From Chlorokybus atmophyticus (taxonomy: Eukaryota > Plantae > Mesostigma and Chlorokybus algae): 64,000 bases of DNA. The translations under genes were made by a program, and so were the position numbers. The DNA lies in assembly GCA_009103225.1 (NCBI GenBank), contig RHPI01000026.1, forward strand, positions 939,103-1,003,102. The letters run 5' to 3'. The notes under the pieces are model-generated. The model saw only the letters and a list, made by a program, of their open reading frames with translations, did not search any database and had not been told where the DNA came from. Numbering within the stretch: position 1 is the stretch's first letter; each line of letters starts with the position of its first letter. Shown here piece after piece: positions 22,789-35,883 of this stretch.

Positions 22789-25070
22789 CTACTTGCACAG
22801 CTTGCCAGCCACCCATGCATCGTCAACAACATTCAGCTCAGCGTTGCCGTAACACTTGTTGGCATAAACCCGTCCCGAAAGAGCTTGCACACCTGCGATC
22901 AGCAGCAGATGTGAGACACACATACATGTGTGTGCGTGTACTCGCGTGTATGTGCATTGTTGCAGTTGACAGAGTTTGCGCACATTGTTGTTGCGGCCCG
23001 TCCCGGTGTAGTACGCCCAGTACTTGCAGGCGAGGTTGGTCTTGCACTTGTGGCAGCAGGTGTCAGAGTCGCGGACGCCGTTGATCCACTTGATGCAGTC
23101 TAGCAGGAAAGTCTTCCACAAGCCCGTGGACACCGGCCTCGAGCAGAACGACTTACACTCCTTGATACCGTTGAGACGCTTCTGCACATGCCAAGATCCA
23201 ATCATTTGTAGCAAGATGCATGTAGCCATTCACGCCTGCGCACACGCGCCTGCGTACATACACGCCGATGTGCGCACACACGCACTTATAGCATTGTCAA
23301 CACACCTGTTCGTAGAACCTATGTTCGCAGATGCAATCATAGCCGCTGGTCAGAGGCTGGCAGCGGCCGTAGGTGCCGCACGGGTTGGGGTTGCAAACTG
23401 TGCACACGGATAGTCAAAGAGCAAACACTGGCGTGTGACAGGCAGTCGCACGCCAGTGTGCATGTTTACGTGACCAATCTCCTCTTCACGTAGGCACTCA
23501 CCATCAGGAGTAGGTGCCGGTGGCAGTGGCGGTGGTGAGGGTGATGGGGGTGGCGGCTGTGATATCTCTTCGAAGGTGCGCAGTGTAACTTTTGATGCAT
23601 TGATGACCCACAGGGCATCTGCTGCGGGAGGATGATTATACCCCTGCACGCCCATGAAGGCGTGCGGGGCGTAGGCGCCAGGACCAGCTGACGTGACCGT
23701 CCATGCACCCCCATTATCTTGTGCTCCTGTTGATATACGCTCAATGTCAATACGAGATGTGGACGCAATGTTTGTGTGCGCCCTGGTCTAGCCTACGTGC
23801 GCAAATACGCGCGCACCTGACCCTCGGTCATCCCATACAGATTGTGCTTGTCCAGGGCTGGCCAGGGCTGCACGCAGAGTGACGAAATATGGTGCCTCTT
23901 TAGGTGTGGGTGCTTCCTCATTGGAACCCCCCCCGGCGCTCCACAGGCACCCCAGAGCCCGGTATCCTTGCGGCACGGGACACCAGATGCTGTACGTTCG
24001 GGGGCTTCTCATCCTCCACACGCGCTGCCAGCCGAAAGGGGAGGCTATTGGTGGCCATCCACGAAAAGCGGGTTGAGTGTTTAAGTCGATGGTGTCGTCG
24101 CTGCTGGGCGACGACACCATCGACTTAAGCAACACACCAGGTTTGCAAGCACATACAAAGTAAGTCGCTAGGCAGCCACAAGCACTGGCACTCAACACTC
24201 GGCATCAAAGACGGACCCCTCCCCCCCCCCGTCCCTTCGTACAGTTTGATGTTTGGGTCAATGTGGCCAGCCGTCGCTGTTTGCCGAAGTATTAGCCTTG
24301 ATGGGGCTTGAAGAAGGTCACATTCTTGTCAGCCGTGGAGCCCTCATCATCTCCCGCGAATGCAAGCTTGAACAAGTTGGCATTGATGGCTGACACGTCC
24401 CAAACTTATTGTGGGTCGGGAGCGGGAGGTTTGAGGGCAGGTTGACGAGTTGTGTTAAGCTCTGGAGCGGGACCCTAAGGCCATTGACAGCATGAAGAAC
24501 TTCTTGAGGAGGAGGAGGATCGCATAAGGCCGCCCGACGAAGCTGAGTGGGGCATTGTTCCCTTGCGTGGCTGAGGCCTCTCACACAGTGCCGTCGTCCT
24601 GAGCACCTGCACATGTGCACGCGCAGTCGTACAGCATCAGCATGGTTGTTGCGGGCATGTTGTGCACAGCGCGGGTGGCTGAACTGGGAGAGAACACACA
24701 CAACACCGCAAACGCGCTCAACCTAAGCCCCGGTCGTTCAATATGAACCTTGCTTGGCCTTGGACCACCAGGTCGTCGCGCAGTGTGACGAGTCCCACGA
24801 TTTCGCTGGGGTCAGGTGCAGCGGCGTCTGCCTGGCCGTTGCCTATACATGAAGTATACCGCCAGACGCACCCCAGGGTGGTGTAGCCAGGAGGAGGTAC
24901 CGGGCACCAGATGCCAAAGGCCACATTGCTCCTGAGGAAGCCGCATTTGGTCATCCCCCAGATCCTGTTCCACCCCGCGGGAGGGGTGACAGCTGGCGTG
25001 TTGTCTTGGGGGGAGTCGAATGCGGGGCCCTTCCCGTACAGCACCACCGGAGTGCCCTGGCTGCGCACGC
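22789..25070 (-). pseudogene. Vps62-like repeat protein with a Pro-rich linker and C-terminal PAN/Apple-like domain; pseudogene, 5' end not located
   Basis: Repeats: [25 protein letters not shown]|AQDDGTV*, VTFFKPHQG*YFG, SIWCPVPQGYRALGCLWS..WDDRGSGA, GAQDNGGAWTV. Then PPPPSPSPPPLPP, then DCIKWINGVRDSDTCCHKCKTNLACKYWAYY. In-frame stops at 24583-24581 (TGA) and 24294-24292 (TAA). Confidence 0.65.
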
Positions 25071-25072
25071 TC

Positions 25073-25198
<126 letters not shown>

Positions 25199-25431
25199 AA
25201 AGGCCCTCCAATAACTGAGGCGGACGCGGTGCTCGCGTAGCGCAGTGACGTGCACGTGTGGGTGGGTGTTTAGGGTTGTATGTGGTGTATGCGGGCAGGC
25301 ATGGTGTAGCACTGACAGCCAACACGTACGTGACCATCGTAATAGAGATTTCTCATCAATTCAATAAAAAGAATCTTAATCTCACCGCTGCAGGAACTTT
25401 GCTTGTTGGCATAATGGCTCTGAGGTAGTAG

Positions 25432-27222
25432 GTGATCTTATTAAGCGGTCCTGTGCACATCACATGCGAAGTGTTAATATGCAACATGCATGCCAGCGCT
25501 GACATTTTGTTTCTCCATTTTGTTTATTCATCAAGCACACAGTATTATACAAGCTTACACCAGCACCGGGCTATCACAGCGACTGTGATAGCCCGGTGCT
25601 GGTGTTGCATGCTTGTGTGCAGTATGGAGGTGCGCAAGACTTGCTGCATGTGATGCATGGCGTTGAAATGCATGTCTACAACATTGCCACGCTCATCCTG
25701 TACACTATTCCTGCATCACCTACTCCACAATACATGCCTTCCAGCATCTATACCGCAACACGATGCCGCACCATCATCTGCACAGTTGCATCTGTCGGCA
25801 TCAGACCATGCTGTTGTACGCGTGCTGCAAGACCACATGATCCTTACACAGGTGGACAAGGCAGCTAATGCTTTTGCTTCTGTTTGCAAGTCATACTACC
25901 TCCGAGTGCTGCATGCTGAATTGTCTTCATCGACCTATCAACTTGTGGCTCATGAGACTGCAGAACAGGTGTTGGCCAGGCATGACACTTCCAACGAACA
26001 ACACGATCTCAAGACTGTCCAACACGGTAGCCCAAAGCTGCCACACTTCTACATGACAGCTAAGATGCATAAGGCTCCACTAAAGCTGCGGTTCATTGCA
26101 CCGCTTTTGCCACTTCTCTGGCTGATGTCTGTGTGGCTAACACGTGCTTACAAGTTCTTGAGACCAGTCGCTGACGATTTGTGGGCACCATGTGTACATG
26201 ACCCTATGGTGCGACAGTCATGGGTCCTGCAAGACTCACAGGGTCTCAAACGGTGGCTGCTCTACCTCAAGACATCCTGTACCATGCAAGAAAAGCAACA
26301 ACCCGTACACCTGGCTACGTATGCTTTTACTACTCTCTACACGTGCATACATCATGCTGAGTTCCTGATGCGCATGCAGAGTCTAGTTACTACAGCTTTC
26401 TTGTACATGCACATGACGACTCTTGCTAACACTCTGCAAATTACGGTTTTCAATGGCATTGCGACGCATAGTTGGGCTGCTGAACACACCATCATTACTG
26501 AGGGGCAAACCAGAGTGTTTTTTATACCGCTGAGGGGTTGCATGCTGTACTAACCCATGGTGAGTAACATGTATGTGCGTCTTGCAGCGGACAGGTTGCA
26601 TCAACAGGTCATTGGGATTCCTATGGGAAATAGCGCAGGTGTCTACCTAGCCAACAATTTCCTGACATCCCTTGAGCTAGACTGGTTGAGGTTACTCAAA
26701 CCTCTGATGCCTCGTCCGTTATTCGCACATTATGCACCAGGCATTGCACACTTTGTTGATGATCTTTTTGTTGCGGGTGTGCCAAACTTTGCTGACGTGA
26801 TGTACAAGTCGGAGGGTGCAATAGCAGGAGGCATCTATCCACAAGACATGTTGACACTGGCTATGACCGCTCAGGGAGTGCAACTGCCTTATCTTGATAT
26901 GCTTGTGTTTCAAGCACCTGACATTAATGTGGTGACCCGTTTGTACAGTAAGCGGAGAGAAGCTGCATTTGCACAACTGCCGATCATGAGAGCACCTCAT
27001 CCGGCGTCCAACATTGCCAAGGCTACAAAGCAGAACGTGGTTGTGTGAAAGTGCTTTAGGTTCTCTCGGATATCCACATATCGTGCACACTTCCTGGCAG
27101 AGATCACGCGCCTCCTGGATGATATGCAGGCTATGGGCCACAGCTGGAGAACTTTGCTGTCTCGCTTGCGCACTGTGGTGTGGTCTAGGCCGGGATTTGT
27201 ATTGAATGGCATTTACAGGTAA
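25432..27222 (+). mobile_element. Penelope-like retroelement reverse transcriptase (Naiad/Chlamys type), inactive, probably truncated
   Basis: One reading frame broken by stops at 25651, 26551 and 27046. Motifs: VDKAANAFASVCKSYYLRVLHAEL, KLPHFYMTAKMHK.PLKLRFI, TYAFTTLYT (Asp lost), QVIGIPMG, FVDD, PYLDM, TRLYSKR, CFRFSRI. No GIY-YIG domain or hammerhead ribozyme was recognised. Confidence 0.85.
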
Positions 27223-27885
27223 TTGCATCTGCTGCAGCAACGCCACAGGTGGGATGAACACTGGTAAGTGAGGTTAGTGAGGTGAGGATGAATGTGTGTA
27301 TTAGCACACAACGGAGGGGAGCATTTTCGTGCCCGCTGATAGTGCATGACACACGTGACTGTGGGTGCTTAACACTGACACTAACGGCTACAAAATTATC
27401 CTGCAGCCTGCAGCCGTTGTGAGTTGTGAATGGCGGGTGTAAGCCGCGATTAAGACAGCTGGCAGCGAGGGGGCTGGTCGTGGTCGTGGTTCTGGTCGTC
27501 AGTCTGTCCGGGCCTAACCTCTCCCTCTCCCTCTCCCTCTGCCTCTACGCTGTACTGTGCAGGTACAGCTGCTGCGCCTCCTGTCGGCATCTTCCTTGGT
27601 TGGTTGGCGTGCACTTAGCTAGCCAGCCCTTACAGCACTTAGCTCTAGGATTCGTGGTCGTGGTCGTGGTCGTGGTTGTGGTTATGGTTGTGGTGGTTGT
27701 GGTGGTGGTGGTGGTTGTGGTTGTTGTTCTTGTAAATGAAATTGCTGGTGGGAAGGAGTAGACATTGGGTATGTCACATACTAGCTTAGCGCGCCTGTCA
27801 TGGGCCTGCGCTGTGAGGCCGCGTGTGTGTGATCCTTGGTGTTCTACCACTCTTGCTGTGCATATGTGTTGGCTTGGCTTGTGGA

Positions 27886-28136
27886 TTGGGGGCCCCTCTC
27901 TTTTACCTTATGCCTTCCAGCATCGGAGTGACTTGCTGGTGCTGCTATTGATTTGTAATGTTGAGTGGGGGTGGGGGCCAGTGTCCCCCACCTTGCATTG
28001 ACACTGCCACTTGGGGGCCCCTCTCTTTTACCTTATGGCTTCCAGCATCGGAGTGACTTTGCTGGTGCTGCTATTCATTTGTACTGTTGAGTGGGGTTGG
28101 GGGCCAGTGTCCCCCACCTTGCATTGACACTGCCAC
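27886..28136. repeat. Recent tandem duplication, 125-bp unit, 2 copies
   Basis: Units 27886-28010 and 28011-28136 differ at about 5 positions. Confidence 0.95.
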
Positions 28137-28209
28137 CAACCCCGATGTGTATACCAATCAACACCCTTACGATGCGCATGGGCAGACAACGACACTGCCA
28201 TCATGTATA

Positions 28210-28405
28210 TTATATTGGCTGCTGAGCGAATCCTTCAAAAGACAAGTTATAGAGGCCGGCATTGTATCAGTCCCTGGTCAGACTCGTCCACTTGGAAACC
28301 ACCAACGGCATGTGAGGACATCACCTCATGCTCCGTTGCTGTTGTTGAAGCTAGCGGTTGAGTGGTTGTTGTTGTCCCAACACAGTCACGGGAAACCCCG
28401 AGTGC
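28210..28405 (+). pseudogene. Gene X last-exon remnant next to the intact GATB 3' end
   Basis: attggctgctgagcgaatccttcaaaagacaag...gttgaagctagcggttgag...cccaacacagtcacgggaaaccccgagtg aligns with 13168-13371. Confidence 0.65.
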
Positions 28406-28998
28406 CTACATGTACCTTAATTAAAGAACATATGTGCATTTCAAGATTCTTTGTACCTGTACCATGCTGTGAGCACACCTCCCATCCCGGGGCCGCAGTG
28501 AGCGCCCATCACATTATGTTTGGTCGCTTGCAGCCTTTCTTTGAAGCGGTTCCATAGTGACTGCTTTATGACATTGCTACCCTATTCGGCGCATGTGAGC
28601 CCAAAGTATACAGCAACAGCAAGTGTTTATTGTTGTAATAGTCCGAGAGAACTGCATTGTGGCCCTCTCAACATGCAGATCATGTATATACAGCACTCAA
28701 AATCCACTTGATAAACACCGCTGCGTCAACAAGTCAGTCGTGCAGCATGCACGAGGGCTCTAAACAGTGCTTACTATGTGCAGTGCAGTTGAATTTCCTC
28801 CAAAGTGTGTACACTATGCTCTGTGCAACCATGAATACCACGCAGACGTTGCACATTGACGATTTCCACTGCAGCATATGCATGCTGTCGTGATAATTGG
28901 CATGAGCCGAACTGGGCTGCTAGGAATGGAGCATTATACTAAACACTGCTAACCTGAGTGAGTAACTTCCAATCTGGCCTGTCTCAAAGTGACCCTTA

Positions 28999-31950
28999 TC
29001 ACTTGGATGCAGTAGCCAGCTCGCCGTCCAGCTTTTGCGTTAGCAACTTCTGTGTCAGTTCGGGATCAGCGCGTCCCCCGGACTTTTGCATGATCTGCAA
29101 CACACACGCTTATGAATCTGAAACTGCACTGCAACAGACGCAGCATGCAAGACAGGTAAACATACTTGTCCAACAAAGAAGCCTCGTACTTTTGTCCGTC
29201 CCGATCGGTACTGTTCCAACTGCAGTACCACATGGTGTTAAGGTGATGAAAACTCAATACACCCGATACAAGCACGCGCTCACGCAAGCATACATGTGCG
29301 TGCATCGAACACTGCCCTGAGCTAAGCCGGCAAGCTTAACACTCCAGTAGTCTGCTATAGTCGTGCCCCCCCACCTGCTTTGGGTTGGAGTTGACTACCT
29401 CATCAATTATTTTCGCCAAAGCATCAACGTCCGAGATCTGCACATGAGACGCGTTGGAGTAAACACAACGAAAGGAGGCAAAGAAGAACTCTGTCATGCA
29501 TACACAGCAATATCCTCATGTGGCAAGCAAGGCAAAGTCACCTGTGAAAGGCCTTTGGCCTCGACAAGCTCGGCGGCACTCCCGCCAGTGCGCAGAAGCT
29601 CCGGCAGCAACTCTTTGGCGATCTTCCCCGAGATGGTGCCCTTCTGGATGAGATGTAAAAGTTCAGCCAGAGTCTCTGGTTTAAGAGCGATCTCTGCAAT
29701 GGACAACTTCTCCTCCTTGAGGAACTTCGTAATGTCGCCCATCATCCAATTGGCAACAGCCTTCGGCTCAGCTCCTGCTGAGCATGCGGTGTCGAAGAAA
29801 AGCGCATTGGTTGCCTCGTCCGCCAGCAACAGCGCATCCGCAAGCGGCAAGCCAAGGTCCAGGTACCGCTGCCTCCTCTGCAACAGGTATCGCTGTGATC
29901 AGAAACCTCTCTGGCATCAAGCAATCAAGTACACATGCAGGCAAGCAATCATGTGCACGCCCACAAGCACGGTAACGAAGACAGCATGCACACACACTCA
30001 AGCATACATGCAGGCAAGCAATCATGTGCACGCCCACAAGCACGGTAACAAAGAAAGCATGCACACACACTCAAGCACACACGCATGCATGCGTGCGCAC
30101 ACAAATGCTCCACGCTCAGAACCTTAAGTTTTGAGGTGCTGTGACGACGGACTTGCACATGCATGCACGAACAGAGAGTGGATACAACACGACAGCAAAA
30201 CACAACTTGAAGTGCTGTGGTGATGTAGTCTTTTTTGTAAGTCAGTGCTCACCTCATCCGGCAGCTCTGGTAGTGTGCTGCGCTCATTTGCCAGTACAGC
30301 ATCCGTGATGCGCACTTCAGGAAGATCTGGCTCAGGGAAGTACCGGTAGTCTGCCAGGCCCTCTCTGTGCAGACATAACTATCAAGTTAATTTGCCAACT
30401 TACCATTCCTATCTACCTGTCAAGATGCTTGTTAACGTACTTCTTTCGCATGGTGATCGTTTTCTGACCGGCTTCATCCCACAGCCTTGTCTCGTTCACA
30501 ATTTCCTGCCCCCGACCCGCTTCATGCAGCGCTATTTGCCTTGCAATCTCAAAATCCGCTGCGCGCTGCATGCCTACAAACCATCAGTTAAAACTTGAAC
30601 CTGCCAACCATCTGTTCAAGGAACACGCGCGCATTGTAAGAAAGACATTATTAAACTGTAGCTTGAAGCAGCCTGGGTTAGTCAAGTGCATGCAAACATA
30701 CACGCCAAAGCGCACGCATGCAAACGCATGTGCACCTGAGAAAGAGTTCATGTTTTTGATCTCCACTTTGGTGCCCAAAGGCGTGCCGGGCCAGTGCACT
30801 GAGACATTGACATCGCAGCGCAGGCTGCCCTGACTCATGTCGCCCGCAGACACACCAAGATACCGCACAATGCGCCGTATCTCAGCACCATACTCGGCCG
30901 CTTCAACCCCCGACCGCAAGTCAGGTTCGGACACAATCTCCAGCAATGCCACGCCGGCGCGATTGTAGTCCGCAAGGCTGTGTGAAGACCCCGACAGCGC
31001 GCCCGCAGCTGACCCCTGATGGAGGAGCTTCCCCGCATCCTCTTCGAGATGGCAACGCACAATGCCCACGACACGTTGCTCACCGCCCACCTCGGCCGGG
31101 AGGGTTATGCGAAGCCTCCCCTCGTGGCCGAGCGGGGTGTCGCTCTGCGTGATTTGGTAGCCCTTGGGCAGGTCCGCGTAAAAGTAGTGCTTGCGGGCGA
31201 AGCGCGTGGTGGGGGCGACTGTGCAGCCGAGCGCGAGGCTCACGCGTAGGCCCGCGCTCAGCAGCGACGCATTCAGTCTTGGAAGCGAGCCTGGCAAACC
31301 CAAGCACGCTGGACACACGTCCCCATTAACTGCTGCTCCGAACCCTGCCGCGCACGAGCAGAACGCCTTGCTTACAGTGCTCACCTGCATACAAATCGCA
31401 TATGCTCTCTGCTACCATAAACACCAGCTTGTGTGCAACTCTAAATTAAAGTGCAAAGCGCGCATGCGCGCACACTCTGTCACACACTCTGGCTGTACGA
31501 GCAGCGCCCACCTGGCTAGCAGCAAGCAAACGCTGCAATGCCAGGTTATGTGATGATCATCAACACTGCACGCAACAAGTGGCGTTTGGCCATACAGCAA
31601 CTACTCCACCAAGCATTCAAACGCTAAGGTGTGAGATCCATGTACAGTCTAAGCATGTAACACGTAACGTGACCCATGCCACTGACCTGCACATGGGTTT
31701 CCACTCCAATGACGGCCTCCCACTCTCCAGCAGCAGCTGAAGCTGCCGCAAGCACTGCCGCATTCCCCCGCCCCTTCTGCAACCACCTCAACGCCGCAGG
31801 ATTGTGCGCTTTCAGCTGCGCACCCGTGAAGGAGGAGCTGCAGGCGGTCGATGAAGACGACAACGGCGATGAGGACGGCAAAGGCGCCGCATGCACACGA
31901 GACACCCTCAAGCACACCCCCGGCCCAACCGCCGTCGCCGCCGCCTGCAT
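28999..31950 (-). CDS. GATB: Glu-tRNA(Gln) amidotransferase subunit B, organellar; intact, 8 exons
   Basis: Exons 31950-31687, 31384-30736, 30573-30441, 30364-30253, 29877-29542, 29437-29375, 29219-29166, 29094-28999. All GT-AG and phase-consistent. Motifs [61 protein letters not shown]. Ser/Ala-rich transit peptide. Confidence 0.97.
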
Positions 31951-31982
31951 TGTGCGCAGGCTAAAGCCTACCGCTTCGCCTC

Positions 31983-31991
31983 AAACCCTAA
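31983..31991 (-). promoter_or_regulatory. Telo-box (AAACCCTAA) 33 bp upstream of the GATB ATG
   Basis: Exact motif. A site II-like TGGGCC lies at ~32105. Function is inferred from land-plant promoters. Confidence 0.45.
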
Positions 31992-32274
31992 CCCGGTCGA
32001 GTACATGCTGGCGTAGGTGTAGACGGCGGCGGCGGCGGGGCGGGGAGGAGGACGAGGAGGAGGTGGGGGAGGAGTACGAGCGCAAGGAGGAGTACCAGGG
32101 CAAGTGGGCCGAAAGCAGGGTGGCGAGGCCATGCCAGCCTGCCGTGCGGGTAGGAGGCGGCAGGAGGGGACGGCGGTGACGTGACAGCAGTGGAGGCTAA
32201 GGAGGAGGAGCAGGAGGGGGAGGAGGCATAGGAGTAGGTGGAGGCGGAGGACCAGGACAGCGTGGCCGCCTGCC

Positions 32275-35200
32275 ATGGCGGGGTTTGGGATCCGCACCAG
32301 GCGGACGCAGTGGGACATGTCCGGGCTGGACGGTGCTCTTGCTGCAGCTGCTGCTGGAGGAGGGGGAGGAGCAGGAGCAGGAGCATTAGCAGGAGGAGCA
32401 GCAGCAGGTGCAGGAGATGGCAGAGGGGAGGACGGCGCGGCGGTGGACGACATGGATAGTTTGGAGCCATGGACGCCGACCTCATCGTCCCACCAGAGGC
32501 TGGTGATAGTGTCCATGCAGCTGCCGCTGAGGGCGAAACAGGCGCCTGAGACAGGGCAGTGGGAGTTTGAGTGGGATGAGGACTCACTGGTGGCGCAGAT
32601 CAAAGATTGCATGGGCCTGGAGAGCCACCTCCGCGTGGTCCACGTCGGCACCCTCCCTGTTTATATTGAAGATCCGGCCGAGCAGGACCGCATTTCCGCC
32701 CACCTCGCCTCCACCTTCGCCTGCCTACCCCTTTTCTTAGACGAGCGCCTCTACGGCAGATTCTATGACGGTGAGTCGTCGTTGTGATTGTTGTGTCTTG
32801 ATTATTGTCATCGTTGTCATTGCTGATTGCATTGCTTGCAATGTGGTCCGCTTTGTCAACTCTAAGATCTGTATAGACTCACATCTTACCTGCAATGACA
32901 TTGTCAGGCACAAGCGCCATGTCTGTTGAGAGAAGTGCATGCATGTTGTGTAAATATGCATCGGCATGAGTTGCTGCGGGCTGTTTCATCAGTGCACTGT
33001 ATGTACGACACGTTGAGTCTGCTGCCAAACAAGCATGTCAGCCTGTTAAGGTCAAGGAGACGGAGGTTTGCTTGTTGCATGTCGTTGCATAAGGTAGCTT
33101 GTGGTCTTGACTCTGACCTCTGCTTTCAAGTGCAGTGCATGTGTCAACAGCTTACTTAATTCGTCATGTAATGTTGCAGGCTTTTGTAAGCAGTACATAT
33201 GGCCCCTTTTCCACTACCTGCTGCCACTGCACCCTGAGCACGGAGTGCGTTTTGAGCGCAACCATTGGCAAGCTTACGTCGCCGCCAACAAGAAGTTTTC
33301 CGACAAAGTCATGGAGATTGTGAACCCCGACAGAGACTACATCTGGATACATGATTACCATCTGATGGCGCTGTCCACATTTATACGCAGAAAGTACAAC
33401 AACGTGCGGCTGGGCTTCTTCCTGCACAGCCCATTTCCATCATCAGAGATATACCGTACTTGCGTAGTGCGAGAGGTATGCACATATGTTGCATGGCTGC
33501 AAGCTTGCGCTCAATGTTGCATAGCAAGTGTGGTCAGTTGTACTAATCGCTTTGTCTGTGGTGTACAGGAGCTTTTGCGTGCTGTTCTCAATTCAGACCT
33601 GATTGGCTTTCATACATTTGACTACGCTCGCCACTTCCTCAGCTGTTGCAGCAGGTGCATGCAAGTATTCATTGGAATTGTTGTTTTTTGCTGCTGTTTC
33701 GCTGATGACTTCTGCTTGCAGGATGTTGGGACTAGAGTTCGAGTCTAAAAGAGGTTACATTGGCTTGGAGTACTACGGGCGCACAGTATCAATAAAGATA
33801 ATGCCGGTTGGCGTGCGCGTAGATCGTTTGATTGGAGGGTTCAAGTGGCCAGAATGCCAATGGCGGCTTGGGGAGCTGCGGTCACAGTATGAGGGCAAAA
33901 CCGTGTTTGTCGGCATGGATGATGTCGACCCCTTCAAAGGGCTGGCTTTCAAGTTTCAAGCCCTGGAGATCTTCCTCGAGCAACATCCCGAATGGCATGG
34001 CCGCTTTGTGCTTGTGCAGGTCTGTTGTTTGCAGCAAGTTGTATGTCTTAAGTTTGATGACGCATGTGCGAAGTATATGACATACTGACACCTGCGCGTG
34101 ACTGGACAAATGCCAGGTTGCAAACTCAGCTCGCGGTAGCGCAAAGTTTGAGCAGTTGCGTGAAGAACTCCGGCATCAAGTTGCTCATATCAACTCGAGG
34201 TGGGTGAGGTGCAGCTCTTGACTTGTTTATTGGAGTCTTCATTGGACTTATGGTTGATGTTTCATCTAAATGTAGATTTGGGTATGATGCTGTGGAGTTC
34301 TTGGAGCGCCATGTACCGCTACACGAGCGCATTGCACTGTACCATATAGCGGAGTGCGCCATCGTAACCGCCGTGCGCGATGGACTCAACCTTGTGCCGT
34401 ATGAGTACATTGCTTGCCGGCAAGGCTTGACAGACGAGGACGCGAATGCCCCTCGCTCATCGTCACTCATTGTTTCTGAGTTCATGGGCTGCTCTCCTTC
34501 CTTGTCCGGCGCCATTCGAGTCAACCCATGGGATGTCGAGTCGGTTGCAGATGCAATGTTCACTGCCATTTCTTTACCAGATGCTGAGCGGGAGTTGCGG
34601 CACGCAAAGCACTTTGCGTATGTTGCGCGACATACTGTTGGGTATTGGGCTCAGTCGGTTGTGGCAGATCTGCAACGCGCGTGCAGGCGGCACTCGCTGT
34701 TGCGTTGTTACAACCTCGGGCTTGGTCTGGGCTTCCGTGTCGTGGCGCTGAACCCAAACTTCCGTAAGCTTGAAGCCGGTGATGTGCTGTCGTCGTACGC
34801 GCGGTGTCGGAATCGTGCCATCCTGTTGGACTACGACGGCACAATGATGGCAAGCAGCAATGCGCACGCGGGTGGGAGCAGCAGCGGGGGCGCGGGTGGC
34901 GCATCCCTTGCACACTCGCGCACACCTTCGCCAGATGTCCTCACTGTGCTGCAGCAGCTATCTGCTGACCGCCGCAACCATGTGTTCATAGTGTCGGGAC
35001 GCGACCGCCGCACGCTGCACAACTGGTTCGGGGGTATTGAGAGACTCGGTCTCGCCGCTGAGCATGGCTTCTTCTACCGTTGGCCTGGTGCTGACATGAA
35101 AGCCGCCAGCTGGGACCAGTTGTTGCCCGCCTCGCAACCGTTCTTGTGGAAAGAGGTGGCTCTCCCCATCATGCAGCAGTACATGGAGTCCACGGACGGG

Positions 35201-35883
35201 TCGTACATTGAGGAGAAGGAGAGCGCGCTTGTGTGGCATTACGGGGAGGCCGACCCGGCCTTTGGTTCGTGGCAAGCCAAGGAGCTGCTGGACCATCTTG
35301 AGTCCGTGCTGTCCTCCACAGAGAATGTGGCCGTGGTGTCCGGCCAGGGCATCGTCGAGGTGAAGCCCAGCGGCGTGTCCAAGGGCGTCGTTGTGGAGCG
35401 CGTGCTCACCGCCATCTCGCAAGGCCCTTCCCATGTCGAGCCTGATTTTGTGCTGTGCATTGGTGATGATCGCTCCGATGAGGACATGTTCCAACAAGTT
35501 GAGACTGTTAATTTCTCCCCGCACCTCCCCGCACAGGTAAGTAGCTGGTTGCATGCATTTGGCGTTGCATTCCTCAAGTGTTATTGCATGTACACGCGGC
35601 GATTCTCCTGATAGCCGCCAGTACAGGTGTTTGCTTGCACTGTCGGCCAAAAACCCAGCAAAGCGAAGTACTATCTCAACGACACTGTTGAGGTATGTCG
35701 TTGTTCCGCAATGGTGATGTGAAGATTAGAAGTCTGAACTCAGAAGTCTTGTGCTCATGTGCGGGATCTTGTTGCCTTGCACGAACTAACCACTTGGATC
35801 TGCAGGTGATGGAGTTATTGCACGCTCTAGCGCAGGTTAGCACATCACATCCACAGCACGAGCAGCAACAAATGGAGCAATAG
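32275..35883 (+). CDS. TPS: Class II trehalose-6-phosphate synthase/phosphatase, 8 exons
   Basis: Exons 32275-32770, 33180-33475, 33569-33654, 33722-34019, 34117-34199, 34276-35536, 35627-35692, 35806-35883. Motifs WIHDYHLM, GFFLHSPFPSSEIYR, RDGLNLVPYEY, SEFMGCSPSLSGAIRVNPW; TPP domain DYDGT, GVSKG, GDDRSDEDMF. Confidence 0.97.

Noticed and set aside
27545-27850. Thr-rich mucin-like ORF
   Set aside because: It is a translation of a GTG/GTT triplet repeat with no ATG or splice support.
28140-28400. Possible GIY-YIG endonuclease for the PLE (…HCHHVYYIGC*, …GQTRPL…)
   Set aside because: The same nucleotides align with the gene X last exon (13168-13371), which explains them better.
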